Source: Thermodesulfovibrionales bacterium (GTDB lineage Bacteria > Nitrospirota > Thermodesulfovibrionia > Thermodesulfovibrionales > SM23-35). Taken from it: a stretch of DNA of 64,000 bases. The notes beneath the pieces are model-generated. The model saw nothing but the letters and a program-made list of their open reading frames with translations, ran no database searches and had not been told where the DNA came from. Shown here piece after piece: positions 43,685 to 54,065 of the stretch (its first letter is position 1; each line of letters opens with the position of its first letter). Location: positions 96,001 to 160,000 of the forward strand of contig CAVQRT010000030.1 in NCBI GenBank assembly GCA_963715195.1. Reading direction: 5' to 3'. The position numbers and the translations under genes were made by a program.

Positions 43685-44748
43685 GAGCGGGGGCAATCCT
43701 CCAAAACATCGTAACGGGAAAAAGATTGAGTCCGGAGGAGGCAGTCGTGCTGTTCGGGGAAGGTGACTTGCTCGGGCTCGCAAATGCGGCAGATGATGTC
43801 CGCCGGGGCAAGCATCCTGAAGGGATTGTCACCTTTTTAATCGACCGCAATATTAATTACACAAATATCTGTCAGAATCAATGTTCCTTCTGCGCCTTCT
43901 TCAGACGTAAGGGACATCCTGAAGCTTATGTGCTTAGCCAAGATGAGATCGAAAAAAAGGTTGCCGAAACCATTGATCTTTCAGGCACTCAGGTAATGCT
44001 GCAGGGAGGAATCAATCCCGACCTGAAACTGAATTTTTACAAGAATATGTTCAGTGAACTAAAAAAGAAATTCAGGATACGGGTTCACAGCCTCTCCCCG
44101 CCGGAAGTCGTGCATATCGCCGAATCAGAAGGCATGGCTATTGCAGATGTCCTAAGAGAATTGATGAAAGCAGGCCTGGACTCGCTCCCGGGAGGCGGCG
44201 CAGAGATACTTGTCGACAGCGTACGACGGAGAATAAGCCCACGGAAAATATCTTCGGCACAATGGCTGGGGGTTATGGAAGAAGCCCATAAGCAGGGCAT
44301 AAAGACAACCGCAACCATGATGTTCGGGACAGGTGAGACGGTTGAGGACAGAATCACACATCTCGCAAAGATCAGGGATTTGCAGGATAAGACGGGGGGG
44401 TTTATGTCCTTCATCCCATGGACATTCCAGCCAAGAAATACCGCTCTGGGCGGAAGGTCGGTTTCTTCAATAGAATATTTACGCATGTTGTCTATCAGCC
44501 GTTTATTCCTCGACAATTTCCCCAATGTTCAGGGTTCATGGGTCACGCAGGGGAGGGACATCGGGCAAATGTGTCTTTCTTTCGGAGCAAATGACCTTGG
44601 CAGCATCATGATAGAGGAGAATGTCGTGAGGGCGGCCGGCATCTCACACAGGATTACCGTAGACGAAATGGTAGATCTGATCCGGAAGGCAGGGAAAACA
44701 CCGGCCCAGAGGGATACGGAATTCAATCTCTTGAAGGTCTATGAATAG
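43681..44748 (+). CDS. mqnC: Cyclic dehypoxanthine futalosine synthase
   Basis: DRNINYTNIC, LQGG, SWVTQG and MIEENVV motifs. Confidence 0.92.
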   Translation: MRAGAILQNIVTGKRLSPEEAVVLFGEGDLLGLANAADDVRRGKHPEGIVTFLIDRNINYTNICQNQCSFCAFFRRKGHPEAYVLSQDEIEKKVAETIDLSGTQVMLQGGINPDLKLNFYKNMFSELKKKFRIRVHSLSPPEVVHIAESEGMAIADVLRELMKAGLDSLPGGGAEILVDSVRRRISPRKISSAQWLGVMEEAHKQGIKTTATMMFGTGETVEDRITHLAKIRDLQDKTGGFMSFIPWTFQPRNTALGGRSVSSIEYLRMLSISRLFLDNFPNVQGSWVTQGRDIGQMCLSFGANDLGSIMIEENVVRAAGISHRITVDEMVDLIRKAGKTPAQRDTEFNLLKVYE

Positions 44749-45484
44749 AAAATTGAGCACGATTGACCACAAGAAGCGGGATGCCGAAAGAGTTGCACAG
44801 ATGTTTTCAGGCATCGGCCCCCGCTATGACCTCCTGAACCATGTCCTTAGTCTGGGGCTTGATATCAGATGGCGCAAGAAAGTAGCACAGGAGACCGGGC
44901 AAATTCGCTGCGAGAACATTCTTGATGTCTGCACGGGCACCGGAGATACAGCCTTTGAACTCTGCCGGTTCTGGAAGGGAAAGGTTCGCGTTGAGGGCTT
45001 AGACTTTTCATGCGATCTTCTCGAGAGAGCCCGACAAAAAAGCAGGGAATCGAATCTTGAACATGCAGTAACTTTTCAGGAGGGTAATGCTGAAATGCTC
45101 CCCTATGCAGATGAACGGTTCGATGCCATTACCATTACGTTTGGGTTGAGAAATATCACCAACAGATTGAAAGCCTTAAGGGAGTTTTACCGGGTTGCAA
45201 AACCGGGAGCCTGTTTTGTCTGCCTTGAGTTCAGCCAGCCGGAAAATCCTTTCTTTTCTGCTGTCTACTCCCTGTATCTCATAAAGGTCGTACCTCTTGT
45301 TTCCCGCCTGTTTGGGTCGGATCCCGCTGCATACCGGTATTTGGGAAACACCATAAAGGATTTCCCGAATCCCTCGGACCTTGCCGATCTGATCACCTCT
45401 GCCGGATGGAACACTGTTTCTTATAAAATACTGGCAGGAGGAATAGTGGCTGTTCACAAGGGGATCAAACCTGAGGATGGGTAA
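44741..45484 (+). CDS. Demethylmenaquinone methyltransferase (UbiE/MenG)
   Basis: YDLLNHVLSLG, LDVCTGTGD and FGLRN motifs. Confidence 0.92.
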   Translation: MNRKLSTIDHKKRDAERVAQMFSGIGPRYDLLNHVLSLGLDIRWRKKVAQETGQIRCENILDVCTGTGDTAFELCRFWKGKVRVEGLDFSCDLLERARQKSRESNLEHAVTFQEGNAEMLPYADERFDAITITFGLRNITNRLKALREFYRVAKPGACFVCLEFSQPENPFFSAVYSLYLIKVVPLVSRLFGSDPAAYRYLGNTIKDFPNPSDLADLITSAGWNTVSYKILAGGIVAVHKGIKPEDG

Positions 45485-46466
45485 CTCCCGCATGCCTCTC
45501 CTGACACTAAGAGATCTTACCGTATCATTCAGTTCAGGCAAAGATGCCATAAAAGTCGTTTCAGGCCTCAACCTTGAAATTGAAGAAGCCCGGGTATTTG
45601 GGCTTGTCGGCGAAAGCGGTTGCGGAAAAAGCCTGACAGCCCTTTCTATCATGGGAATCCTTCCTTATCACGCCCTTGCAGAAGGGGAAATACTCTTTAA
45701 AGGAAAGAATCTGCTCAGTCTCGATAAGGAATCCATGAGGAGACTGAGGGGGAAGGAACTGTCTATGATATTTCAGGAACCGATGACCTCGCTCAATCCT
45801 GTACTCACCATCGGCTATCAGGTTGCAGAGGTCCTGATGACTCATTTCGGCATGAAAAAACATGAAGCAATGGGAAAGACTGTGGAGCTTTTGCGATCAG
45901 TTAAAATCCCCTCTCCCGAGATCAGGGTACATGAATATCCCCACCAGATGTCCGGTGGGATGAGACAAAGGGTCATGATCGCCATGGCAATCGCATGCAA
46001 TCCTTCCCTCCTGATTGCGGACGAACCGACAACGGCCCTTGATGTCACGATCCAGGCGCAGATACTCGATCTGCTCAGAAGCCTCAGGCAACAGAGGAAC
46101 ATGGCCATCCTCCTGATAACCCATGATATCGGGGTTATAGCAGAAAATGCTGATGTAGCCGCCGTTATGTACGCAGGAAGGATTGTCGAATTCTCAAGGG
46201 TTATGAATATCCTCACTGCCCCGAAGCATCCCTACACCATGGGACTCCTGGATTCCCTTCCGAAACAAAAAGGGATTCCGTTGAAACCCATACCCGGCTC
46301 TGTACCAAGCCCGGACAAGCTCCCTTCGGGTTGCAAGTTTTCAGACAGATGCCGGTATGTAAACCCTGAATGCAGGCGGGAAGAACCCGCTCTCAGGGAA
46401 ATCACTCATGGCCAGCATGCGCGTTGTATCCGTTCAGAGGAGATCGAATGGGTATCATCGATGTAG
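45477..46466 (+). CDS. Peptide ABC transporter ATPase (OppD/DppD-like)
   Basis: GESGCGKS, MSGGMRQR and DEPTTALD motifs. Confidence 0.93.
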   Translation: MGNSRMPLLTLRDLTVSFSSGKDAIKVVSGLNLEIEEARVFGLVGESGCGKSLTALSIMGILPYHALAEGEILFKGKNLLSLDKESMRRLRGKELSMIFQEPMTSLNPVLTIGYQVAEVLMTHFGMKKHEAMGKTVELLRSVKIPSPEIRVHEYPHQMSGGMRQRVMIAMAIACNPSLLIADEPTTALDVTIQAQILDLLRSLRQQRNMAILLITHDIGVIAENADVAAVMYAGRIVEFSRVMNILTAPKHPYTMGLLDSLPKQKGIPLKPIPGSVPSPDKLPSGCKFSDRCRYVNPECRREEPALREITHGQHARCIRSEEIEWVSSM

Positions 46467-47401
46467 TCTCGCTCGGGAAATACTTTCCCGTAAAAAGAAA
46501 GGCTTTCGCAAAGCAGGAATGGCTCAAGGCTGTTGATGGAGTGACCTTCTCCATAAAAGACGGCGCGGTCTTTGCCCTTGTCGGGGAGAGCGGCTCCGGG
46601 AAATCAACTGTTGCGCGGCTTGTTCTCCGGTTAATCAAGCCTACATCAGGGAAGATCCTGTTCCGTGGCGTGGACATTCAGACCTTCGGGGGGACCTCCC
46701 TGCGTGAATTCAGAAAATCTGTCCAGATAATATTTCAGGACCCTTTTGCTTCACTGAATCCGAGGATGACTGTCTTTGACACTGTATCAGAGCCTCTGAA
46801 GATACACAAACTCTGCAAAAAGGCTGAACTGAAAGACAAGGTTGTGGAACTGCTCAACAGTGTGGGGCTTCAGCATGAAGTCCTGTACCACTATCCCCAC
46901 GAATTCAGCGGGGGACAGCGGCAGAGGATATGCATTGCAAGGGCACTCGCCGTTTCCCCTCAGGTACTGGTGGCTGATGAACCGCTTTCAGCACTTGACG
47001 TATCCATTCAGGCACAGATCCTGAATATCCTGCAGGACCTCCAGAGACAATCGGGTATCTCCTTCCTTTTTATAAGCCATGACCTGAGAGTTGTTCAGTA
47101 TTTCAGTGATGAGGTGGCGGTTATGTATCTCGGCAAGATTGTCGAACATGCAACCACAGAGGAGCTTTTCAACAACCCCCAACATCCGTATACGGGAGAA
47201 CTGCTTACGTCTGCCCCGAAGTTAAAGCCCGAAGCCAAAAAGAGAGAAATTCTCAAAGGCGACGTTCCCAGTCCGATCGACATCCCCCCGGGCTGTCCTT
47301 TCCATCCAAGATGTCCGAAACGGTTTGACCCGTGCAACAAGTTAGTGCCTGAATTAAAAGAAATCAACGGCAGATTCGTCTCATGCCATCTATTTTCATG
47401 A
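46448..47401 (+). CDS. Peptide ABC transporter ATPase (OppF/DppF-like)
   Basis: GESGSGKS, FSGGQRQR and GCPFHPRC motifs. Confidence 0.93.
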   Translation: MGIIDVVSLGKYFPVKRKAFAKQEWLKAVDGVTFSIKDGAVFALVGESGSGKSTVARLVLRLIKPTSGKILFRGVDIQTFGGTSLREFRKSVQIIFQDPFASLNPRMTVFDTVSEPLKIHKLCKKAELKDKVVELLNSVGLQHEVLYHYPHEFSGGQRQRICIARALAVSPQVLVADEPLSALDVSIQAQILNILQDLQRQSGISFLFISHDLRVVQYFSDEVAVMYLGKIVEHATTEELFNNPQHPYTGELLTSAPKLKPEAKKREILKGDVPSPIDIPPGCPFHPRCPKRFDPCNKLVPELKEINGRFVSCHLFS

Positions 47402-47431
47402 GTTTCCGCTCATTGCACTTGACTTCCCTTT

Positions 47432-48010
47432 ATGCTTGAGGTATTTTCAACGGACATGAAAAACCGGCTCATGGAACTCATTATTGAAAAGGCCTTTAGA
47501 TACAGTGAAGAGCCTGTTTTCAGGCTGGTATCGGGGAAAATGAGCAATTATTATTTCAACTGTAAAGCCGTGACGCTTTGCCCAGAAGGGATGTATCTCA
47601 CAGGGAATCTCATTTTCGATCTCATCAAAGACCTTCGTGTAAAAGGCATCGGCGGCCTTACGCTCGGGGCTGACCCGATAGCATACGCAGCAGCATATAC
47701 TTCATATCTCAGGGGCATGCCTGTTGAGGCATTTATAGTCAGAAAAACAGCCAAAGCCCATGGGACCATGCAGTGGATCGAGGGCAACATCGCAAAAGAT
47801 GATACGGTCGTCATCGTTGATGACGTTATTACGACGGGGAAATCTACCATCGAGGCAATCACACGATCTCAGCAAGCAGGACTCGAAATAGTCAAAGTCA
47901 TCGCCCTTATCGACAGGCAGGAAGGAGGCAAAGAGGCCATAGCGGCAATCGGCTATCAACTAACTTCCATCATCACGCGGGAAGAAGTGATGGAATTGTA
48001 CAGGCGTTGA
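47432..48010 (+). CDS. pyrE: Orotate phosphoribosyltransferase
   Basis: LVSGKMSNYY, VRKTAKAHG and VDDVITTG motifs; start may be 47456. Confidence 0.92.
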   Translation: MLEVFSTDMKNRLMELIIEKAFRYSEEPVFRLVSGKMSNYYFNCKAVTLCPEGMYLTGNLIFDLIKDLRVKGIGGLTLGADPIAYAAAYTSYLRGMPVEAFIVRKTAKAHGTMQWIEGNIAKDDTVVIVDDVITTGKSTIEAITRSQQAGLEIVKVIALIDRQEGGKEAIAAIGYQLTSIITREEVMELYRR

Positions 48011-48122
48011 ATAGATTTCTCCCCTTATTGAAAAGAAGTCAGGGATTCCAGGATTCAAGAAAAAATTAGGGAGGAATAATTCCCTGCTATCAAGAGGGGA
48101 CAGCGGAGTGTGTTCCCCTCTT

Positions 48123-48974
48123 TCATTCCTTCTCAGCCCCCCATAATCTGGGATCGAGCGCATCCCTGAGGCCTTCCCCAACAAGGTTGTAGCTTAAAAC
48201 CGTTATCAGAATAGCCAGTCCGGGATACACGGACAACCACCACGCTATCTCTATATTGTCCTTCCCCGCAGTCAGGATATTGCCCCAGCTGGGATCAGGC
48301 GGCTGGACTCCGAGTCCGAGGAATGAGAGGCCCGACTCTGTCAGAATTGCGCCTGCTACGCCAAAAGTTGCAGCAACAAAGACAGGTGAGAGGGCATTCG
48401 GAAGAATATGCCTGATTATCAAACGTTTATTCTGGATTCCAAGAGCCCTCGCAGCATCAACAAAATCCCGCTCCTTGAGCGTCAGGAACTCCGCCCTTAC
48501 GAGGCGCGCCACATCCATCCACCCTGTCACGCCGATAACAGCCATTATCGTAAAGATGTTCGGCTCAAGGATCGCAATAACTGCAAGGATGAGAAAAAAT
48601 GTCGGAAATGCAAGCATCATATCGACAAACCTCATCAGTATAGCATCCACCCGGCCTCCGTAAAACCCTGCAATCGAACCAACAAGAATGCCGATTGTGA
48701 TTGCAATGCCGACAGCAACAAACCCGACCTTCAGAGAAACCCGGCTCCCCCAGATAATTCTTGACAGGAGATCCCTGCCCAGTTCGTCCGTGCCCAGCAA
48801 ATGCGCTTTGCTCGGAGGAGACAGGACATTATACACGTCGATCGATGTCGGATCATATGGCGCAATAACCGGTGCAAGCAGGGAAATAGCAATAAGTGCA
48901 AGTACAATAAGCGCACCGGCAACGGACAGCTTGTTCCTTGAAAATCGTTTCCCAATGACCCGCAAAAGTCTCAT
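48123..48974 (-). CDS. Peptide ABC transporter permease (OppC-like)
   Basis: LGTDELGRD, RHILPN and GEGLRDALDP motifs. Confidence 0.93.
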   Translation of the reverse strand: MRLLRVIGKRFSRNKLSVAGALIVLALIAISLLAPVIAPYDPTSIDVYNVLSPPSKAHLLGTDELGRDLLSRIIWGSRVSLKVGFVAVGIAITIGILVGSIAGFYGGRVDAILMRFVDMMLAFPTFFLILAVIAILEPNIFTIMAVIGVTGWMDVARLVRAEFLTLKERDFVDAARALGIQNKRLIIRHILPNALSPVFVAATFGVAGAILTESGLSFLGLGVQPPDPSWGNILTAGKDNIEIAWWLSVYPGLAILITVLSYNLVGEGLRDALDPRLWGAEKE

Positions 48975-49025
48975 GAGATCGTTCCCTGTCTCCTGTCTAT
49001 TAGCAGCCGCATTCTGCTTGTTGTA

Positions 49026-49067
49026 TGTTTATTGTTTACTGTCTACTATCTACTGCTTACTGTCTAC
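49026..49067 (+). repeat. Imperfect heptamer tandem repeat (TGTYTAC-like)x6
   Basis: TGTTTAT TGTTTAC TGTCTAC TATCTAC TGCTTAC TGTCTAC, overlapping the oppB-like stop. Confidence 0.85.
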
Positions 49068-50038
49068 TTCTTGGTTCTTACTCTGGGATCGACCATTGCA
49101 TACGAGATATCAGCAATTAGATTACCGAAGAGCGTCAGGATCGCTCCTATGACGAGAATCCCCATAATGGTCGGATAATCACGTGCCATGGTTGATGAAT
49201 AGAAAAGCTGCCCCATGCCGGGGATGGCAAAAATTGTTTCGAATATCACCCCGCCACCAATAAGCCCGGGGACCGAGAGCCCGAGAATCGTAACAATCGG
49301 CATTAATGCATTCCTGAACGCATGCTTAAAAATTACTTTTGATTCTTTTAACCCTTTTGCCCTAGCAGTCTTTATATAGTCCTGCCGTATCACCTCGAGC
49401 ATGCTCGAACGGCTGTAACGGCTTATTCCAGCGATACCCGCGAATGCAGATATCCCGACAGGGAGAATGAGGTGCCTGACCCAATCCAGCAACCGCTCAG
49501 CGGGACCCATGTCCGATACATCAATGCTCTGGATGCCTGATATGGGAAGAATGCCCATGTTCACTCCGAAGAGGATCATGAGCAGCAGTGCAAGCCAGAA
49601 CGTGGGGGTCGAAAACCCGATGAACACAAAGACTGTCGATAGCTTGTCAAATAGCGAGTACTGTTTTGTCGCGGAAAGAATACCTATCGGTACCGCGATG
49701 ACCAATATAATGAACATCGAGAGGATATTGATGCTTAGGGTTATCGGAATCCGCTCGGCGATCTTGTCTGTTACCGTTCTCCCGTCGACGAAAGAAGTTC
49801 CGAAATCAAGTTTTGCAAACCGTACAAGCCAGTCGAAATATTGCAGATGGAGGGGCTTGTCCAGACCGTAGAGCTTTTTCAGATTCTCCTTTGCCTGTGC
49901 CGTTACCTTCAGGGACATTTCTGTCTGAACCTCGACAGGATCGCCGGGTGCCAGGTGTATAACTGAGAAGGTTATGAGGGTGATTCCGAAAATGAGGGGG
50001 ATCATAAGCAGCAGTCTTTTTGTCAGGTACGAAACCAT
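49064..50038 (-). CDS. Peptide ABC transporter permease (OppB-like)
   Basis: APGDP, TARAKGL and RDYP motifs. Confidence 0.93.
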   Translation of the reverse strand: MVSYLTKRLLLMIPLIFGITLITFSVIHLAPGDPVEVQTEMSLKVTAQAKENLKKLYGLDKPLHLQYFDWLVRFAKLDFGTSFVDGRTVTDKIAERIPITLSINILSMFIILVIAVPIGILSATKQYSLFDKLSTVFVFIGFSTPTFWLALLLMILFGVNMGILPISGIQSIDVSDMGPAERLLDWVRHLILPVGISAFAGIAGISRYSRSSMLEVIRQDYIKTARAKGLKESKVIFKHAFRNALMPIVTILGLSVPGLIGGGVIFETIFAIPGMGQLFYSSTMARDYPTIMGILVIGAILTLFGNLIADISYAMVDPRVRTKK

Positions 50039-50244
50039 GATGTAATGTATTATAAGGATTAGAGACAAAGGTATCAAAAACGTCGCATCATGATAGAACA
50101 GATGTCAGGTATATATCCATCAATAACTCTTGAATGCAGAATGTGTGTTTATGGGGTTATTTGATAGGTAAAATGGTAACGCGCATGATATGTGAGTCAT
50201 AATACCGCCTGCAAAGGTGCTACTCAAGAGCTTTTTCTGGACAT

Positions 50245-51480
50245 ATGCCTGACATGAATTGCGTCTTTCGGGTTAAGGAGCATGCATTGCACGCTACGCA
50301 GCGAAGCCACACAAACAAAATTCTTGTCACGTGTGCAAAGGGGATAACCCCTTTTCTGAGGGAAGAGCTCCTTCATTTAAGGTTCCCTATCCTGTCAGAA
50401 ACAGCTGCAGGTATAGCGACAGAGGGTACGATTGATGATACCTACCGACTAAATCTGCTTCTCCGAACGGCACACCGTGTTCTCTTTCTCCTCAGAGAAT
50501 TTTCTGCAGATGATCCCGTTGATCTCTATCGTGCTGTATCCGAAATAGCATGGGAGGAGTACATATCCCCGGATGAATATATCTGCGTTACATCCAGTGT
50601 GGATAACCCGGGTATCAGAGATTCCCGCTTTGCAAATGTAAAGTGCAAGGATGCAATTGTCGACAGAATCAGGGGGGAAACCGGGCAGCGTCCTGATTCG
50701 GGCCCCCATCGTGACAGGGTCGTCATAAACCTCTACTGGAAAGGAAATGCCTGTTCCCTGTACTTTGATACCACAGGGGAGTCTCTCTCCAGGCGGGGAT
50801 ACCGAAAGATTCCGGAGAAAGCTCCTATGCAGGAGACCCTTGCAGCCGCTGTCATCATGGCATCAGGATGGGACGGCGGCTGTCATTTCATCAATCCCAT
50901 GTGCGGCAGCGGCACCCTTGCCATTGAGGCTGCGCTCTCGGGGTTGAAGCGGGCGCACGGGATTTTGAGGAGCAATTTCGGGTTCATGCACATTAGGGGA
51001 TTTAACAGACCGCTGTGGGAGGAGCTGTGTTCACAGGCAAAAAGAGCGGTCAAAAAAACCCTGAACTACAGGATCGTAGCAACCGATATGAGAAGAGAAG
51101 CTGTCGAGGCTGCCAGGGAAAATGCTGCTGCAGCGGGAGTGGGACATCTGATTGAATTTGCTGTATGCGATTATGCAGAAACCATGGTACCTGATGGAAG
51201 CGGGATAGTAATCCTCAACCCTGAATATGGAGAACGCATGGGCAGGATCAAAGAACTTGAAAGCGTCTATAGCGGAATCGGTGACTTTTTGAAGCAGAAG
51301 TGCATGGGATATACAGGGTATATCTTCACCGGAAATCCAGAACTTGCAAAGAAGGTGGGATTAAGGGCAAAACGGAGAATCCAGTTTTTCAACGGTCCGA
51401 TAGAATGCCGGCTTCTTGAGTATGAGTTATACGAAGGCAGCAGGAAGCAGAGAAATTCAGAAAGTGGAAACAAAATTTAA
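50245..51480 (+). CDS. THUMP-domain RNA methyltransferase (RlmL N-half-like)
   Basis: LSRRGYR, APMQETLAAA, NPMCGSGT and NPEYGER motifs. Confidence 0.88.
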   Translation: MPDMNCVFRVKEHALHATQRSHTNKILVTCAKGITPFLREELLHLRFPILSETAAGIATEGTIDDTYRLNLLLRTAHRVLFLLREFSADDPVDLYRAVSEIAWEEYISPDEYICVTSSVDNPGIRDSRFANVKCKDAIVDRIRGETGQRPDSGPHRDRVVINLYWKGNACSLYFDTTGESLSRRGYRKIPEKAPMQETLAAAVIMASGWDGGCHFINPMCGSGTLAIEAALSGLKRAHGILRSNFGFMHIRGFNRPLWEELCSQAKRAVKKTLNYRIVATDMRREAVEAARENAAAAGVGHLIEFAVCDYAETMVPDGSGIVILNPEYGERMGRIKELESVYSGIGDFLKQKCMGYTGYIFTGNPELAKKVGLRAKRRIQFFNGPIECRLLEYELYEGSRKQRNSESGNKI

Positions 51481-51687
51481 AATCATGTTGACATAAATAT
51501 AGAACGGAAAGCCCATCTTGATTTTCGAAGGACTTTTTTTATGTAATTATGTTTCACCTGCTTCCTCCTCAAATCATTCTCGACTACCCAGCAAGATACG
51601 GAGAGCACCCGCTCATAGAGAGTCACATTATGAATTAATATCATTTCAAACAAACTCCTGGAATTGCTTTCGGAAATTGTTGACTGC

Positions 51688-51719
51688 TTCATCTTATGTT
51701 GAGCTCAACATAAGATGAA
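51688..51719. repeat. Perfect 32-bp palindrome
   Basis: TTCATCTTATGTTGAG|CTCAACATAAGATGAA. Confidence 0.9.
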
Positions 51720-51730
51720 TTATGCGTAGT
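51703..51730 (-). other. dif-like XerC/XerD recombination site
   Basis: ACTACGCATAA-TTCATC-TTATGTTGAGC (11-6-11), compared with E. coli dif GGTGCGCATAA-TGTATA-TTATGTTAAAT. Confidence 0.6.
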
Positions 51731-52080
51731 TGCCCGTTATGTGAAGTAATCGTTGCAGGCATATGAATCACAACAATTCCTGATAAATCTACTCCACATA
51801 ACGGTTGTACTTACAACGATTCAAGCTACACATAATTCATCAAGTCCGCAAGTTAGATATTTGCCGTTTGATGTGGAGTACGATTGTATATGTTGAATTT
51901 ATAAGAGCTTGAAGATGGAGGATTAGTGATAAAAGATAGTATATCTATGAACTGTGCTAGCTTTATTTGTTCTCCAAATTTCAATAAATAAGCTCCCCCC
52001 GTTTCTTCTCATGTTTTTCCGCTATTTTGTCTTCCATGCGATTACCCTCCATCGACAGTGCAGGTAAGGAATAAGAACAG

Positions 52081-53775
52081 TTACCTGTTCAGTAAGAATT
52101 CCTGAAGGAGTTTCTTCTCTGCATCGGCGGTACCGATTATAATGAGTTCACTGTCCTCTTTTAGGGGCATATACGGATTTGGACTGATTTTCATGGTTCC
52201 ACCGGAATGTATGGCAACGACACTGCAACCTGTTTTCTCCCGCAGGTCTGTTTCCTGAAGGCTTTTTCCTATCAGCATGGTCGGCAAATGAACACGAAAG
52301 ACATTCAACCCTTCGGTAAGCATAAGAACCTCATTGGGTTTCAGGATATTGATAATGGTGTTCACTGCCAGTGAGGCATAGGACATGACAATATCTGCAC
52401 CTGCCGCATGCAGTTTGCTGACATTGCGGTCCAGCGTGGCTCTGCTGATGATCTGAATATCCGGCCTCAGCCTCCTGCAATAGATTGTAAGATAGATATT
52501 GATGTCATCATCGTGTGTAGTGATGAAAACGCTCGGTGACTCTTTGATTCCCGCACGGACAAGGGTATTTATGTCGGCAGCGCTACCGTGAATATAGTTT
52601 TCGTTCTTATCGGCAAGTTCTCTGTTGTTTTCCACGATTCTGCTAACGATGCCCCTTTCCTTTAATGCTTCTGCGGCAGAATAGCCCACACGGCCTCCTC
52701 CGAGGATTATGACAGGAGAAGTAAAGGCATATGAAGCTCCGACAATACGGTCGTAGTTGCCAAGATGCTCTTCGGAACCGGCAAGTACGAGGACACTCGT
52801 GGGGCTTATACGGCTGTCGGGCAGCGGGATCTCGAACTCCCCCCTCTCCCACATGCCGACTACAGTAACGCCCGTCTTCTCCCGCAGCCTTGTTTCCCTC
52901 AAGGTTCGGCCCTCCAGAACAGTGCGCATTGCAGGCGCTTCTGCGATAAGGAGTTCGCCGAACCTTCCTATCACATTTGCTTTCAAATTGGACCCAAGGG
53001 AACGGCGCGCAAGGGCATTTCCGAGCATCTTTGCAAAATGGAAGACATATGAAGCTCCCGCAAGCTTGAGGATATCGAGAGAATCTTCGGCATCGGCGGT
53101 GGTGACAATGGGGACATCCTTCGATAGCGATCTGATTGTAAAGGTTATATTAGTATTGAGCATGTCATTGTTGTTTACGACTACAAGGGCAGCATTCTCA
53201 ATGCGGAGCCTTCTGTAAGTATCTGGATCGTCAAGATCACCCATGACGACTTTGTAGTTCATATCATGGAGTTCCAACACATGCTGTAGATCGGGAACTA
53301 CTATCGCATAGCTATAATTATATTGTGTGAGCTTTTCAACGAGACTGAGCGAAATAGGATCTGTATTCGTAAGGACAATATGTCCGCTTGTTCCTGTGGC
53401 CAACTCCATTGGTGCCCGTGCTTTCTCCTTTGCTTCAAGCCATGGTGCGTAAAAGAAACGGATGAAAGTGAACGGGAGCATGACCAGTAAAAAAATAACC
53501 CCTGAAAGGAGGACTACTACTGAAAACACTTTTCCAAGATCACTTGTAAAAGTGATGTCACCGAACCCGAGCGTTGTCATAGTCACAAACGTCCAATAGA
53601 GGCCGGTGAGCCAGCTGAACTTCCTGCCTTCAAACTCCATTATGAAATGAAAAAGCGTGCTGTACAGCGAAATCAGCAGGAACAATATGATGAAAAATTT
53701 CCTCAAGAGCTTGATATTTCTCTTTGTACCTGCACTTTTCAGGAAGTAGACAAGCTGTGATGGAATAAATTTCAT
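52081..53775 (-). CDS. Potassium channel protein with tandem RCK (TrkA-N/TrkA-C) domains
   Basis: 2-TM pore with TMTTLGFGD filter; GGGRVG; two RCK_N/C pairs. Confidence 0.9.
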   Translation of the reverse strand: MKFIPSQLVYFLKSAGTKRNIKLLRKFFIILFLLISLYSTLFHFIMEFEGRKFSWLTGLYWTFVTMTTLGFGDITFTSDLGKVFSVVVLLSGVIFLLVMLPFTFIRFFYAPWLEAKEKARAPMELATGTSGHIVLTNTDPISLSLVEKLTQYNYSYAIVVPDLQHVLELHDMNYKVVMGDLDDPDTYRRLRIENAALVVVNNNDMLNTNITFTIRSLSKDVPIVTTADAEDSLDILKLAGASYVFHFAKMLGNALARRSLGSNLKANVIGRFGELLIAEAPAMRTVLEGRTLRETRLREKTGVTVVGMWERGEFEIPLPDSRISPTSVLVLAGSEEHLGNYDRIVGASYAFTSPVIILGGGRVGYSAAEALKERGIVSRIVENNRELADKNENYIHGSAADINTLVRAGIKESPSVFITTHDDDINIYLTIYCRRLRPDIQIISRATLDRNVSKLHAAGADIVMSYASLAVNTIINILKPNEVLMLTEGLNVFRVHLPTMLIGKSLQETDLREKTGCSVVAIHSGGTMKISPNPYMPLKEDSELIIIGTADAEKKLLQEFLLNR

Positions 53776-54065
53776 ATAATAAATACCCTACCTACACTGT
53801 TGGATTGCTGCACTCTTGCTATTTTACTATTCACGAAACATATCAGTTTAAGACTGACCTGTAAACTTTATGCAATCTCCGAGCGTATTACTTTTTTCTC
53901 TTCATAATTAAAAAGGAGTCAAACTTCATCGCTGTGCACAGCTCTATATTAAAAATTATTGAAATATCGTATAAAAAATAAATTTATTCTGGATAACAGT
54001 AAGTTCGGGTAAAAACTCAGGGAAATACTTTTAATCCTCTAAAAGCCTAGTGCGTTCTATTGAGG

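Noticed and set aside
51730..51860. Integron attC sites (CATAAC...GTTAGAT)
   Set aside because: No complementary R''/R' and L-box structure, no cassette ORFs and no intI; the dif-like 11-6-11 pattern fits better
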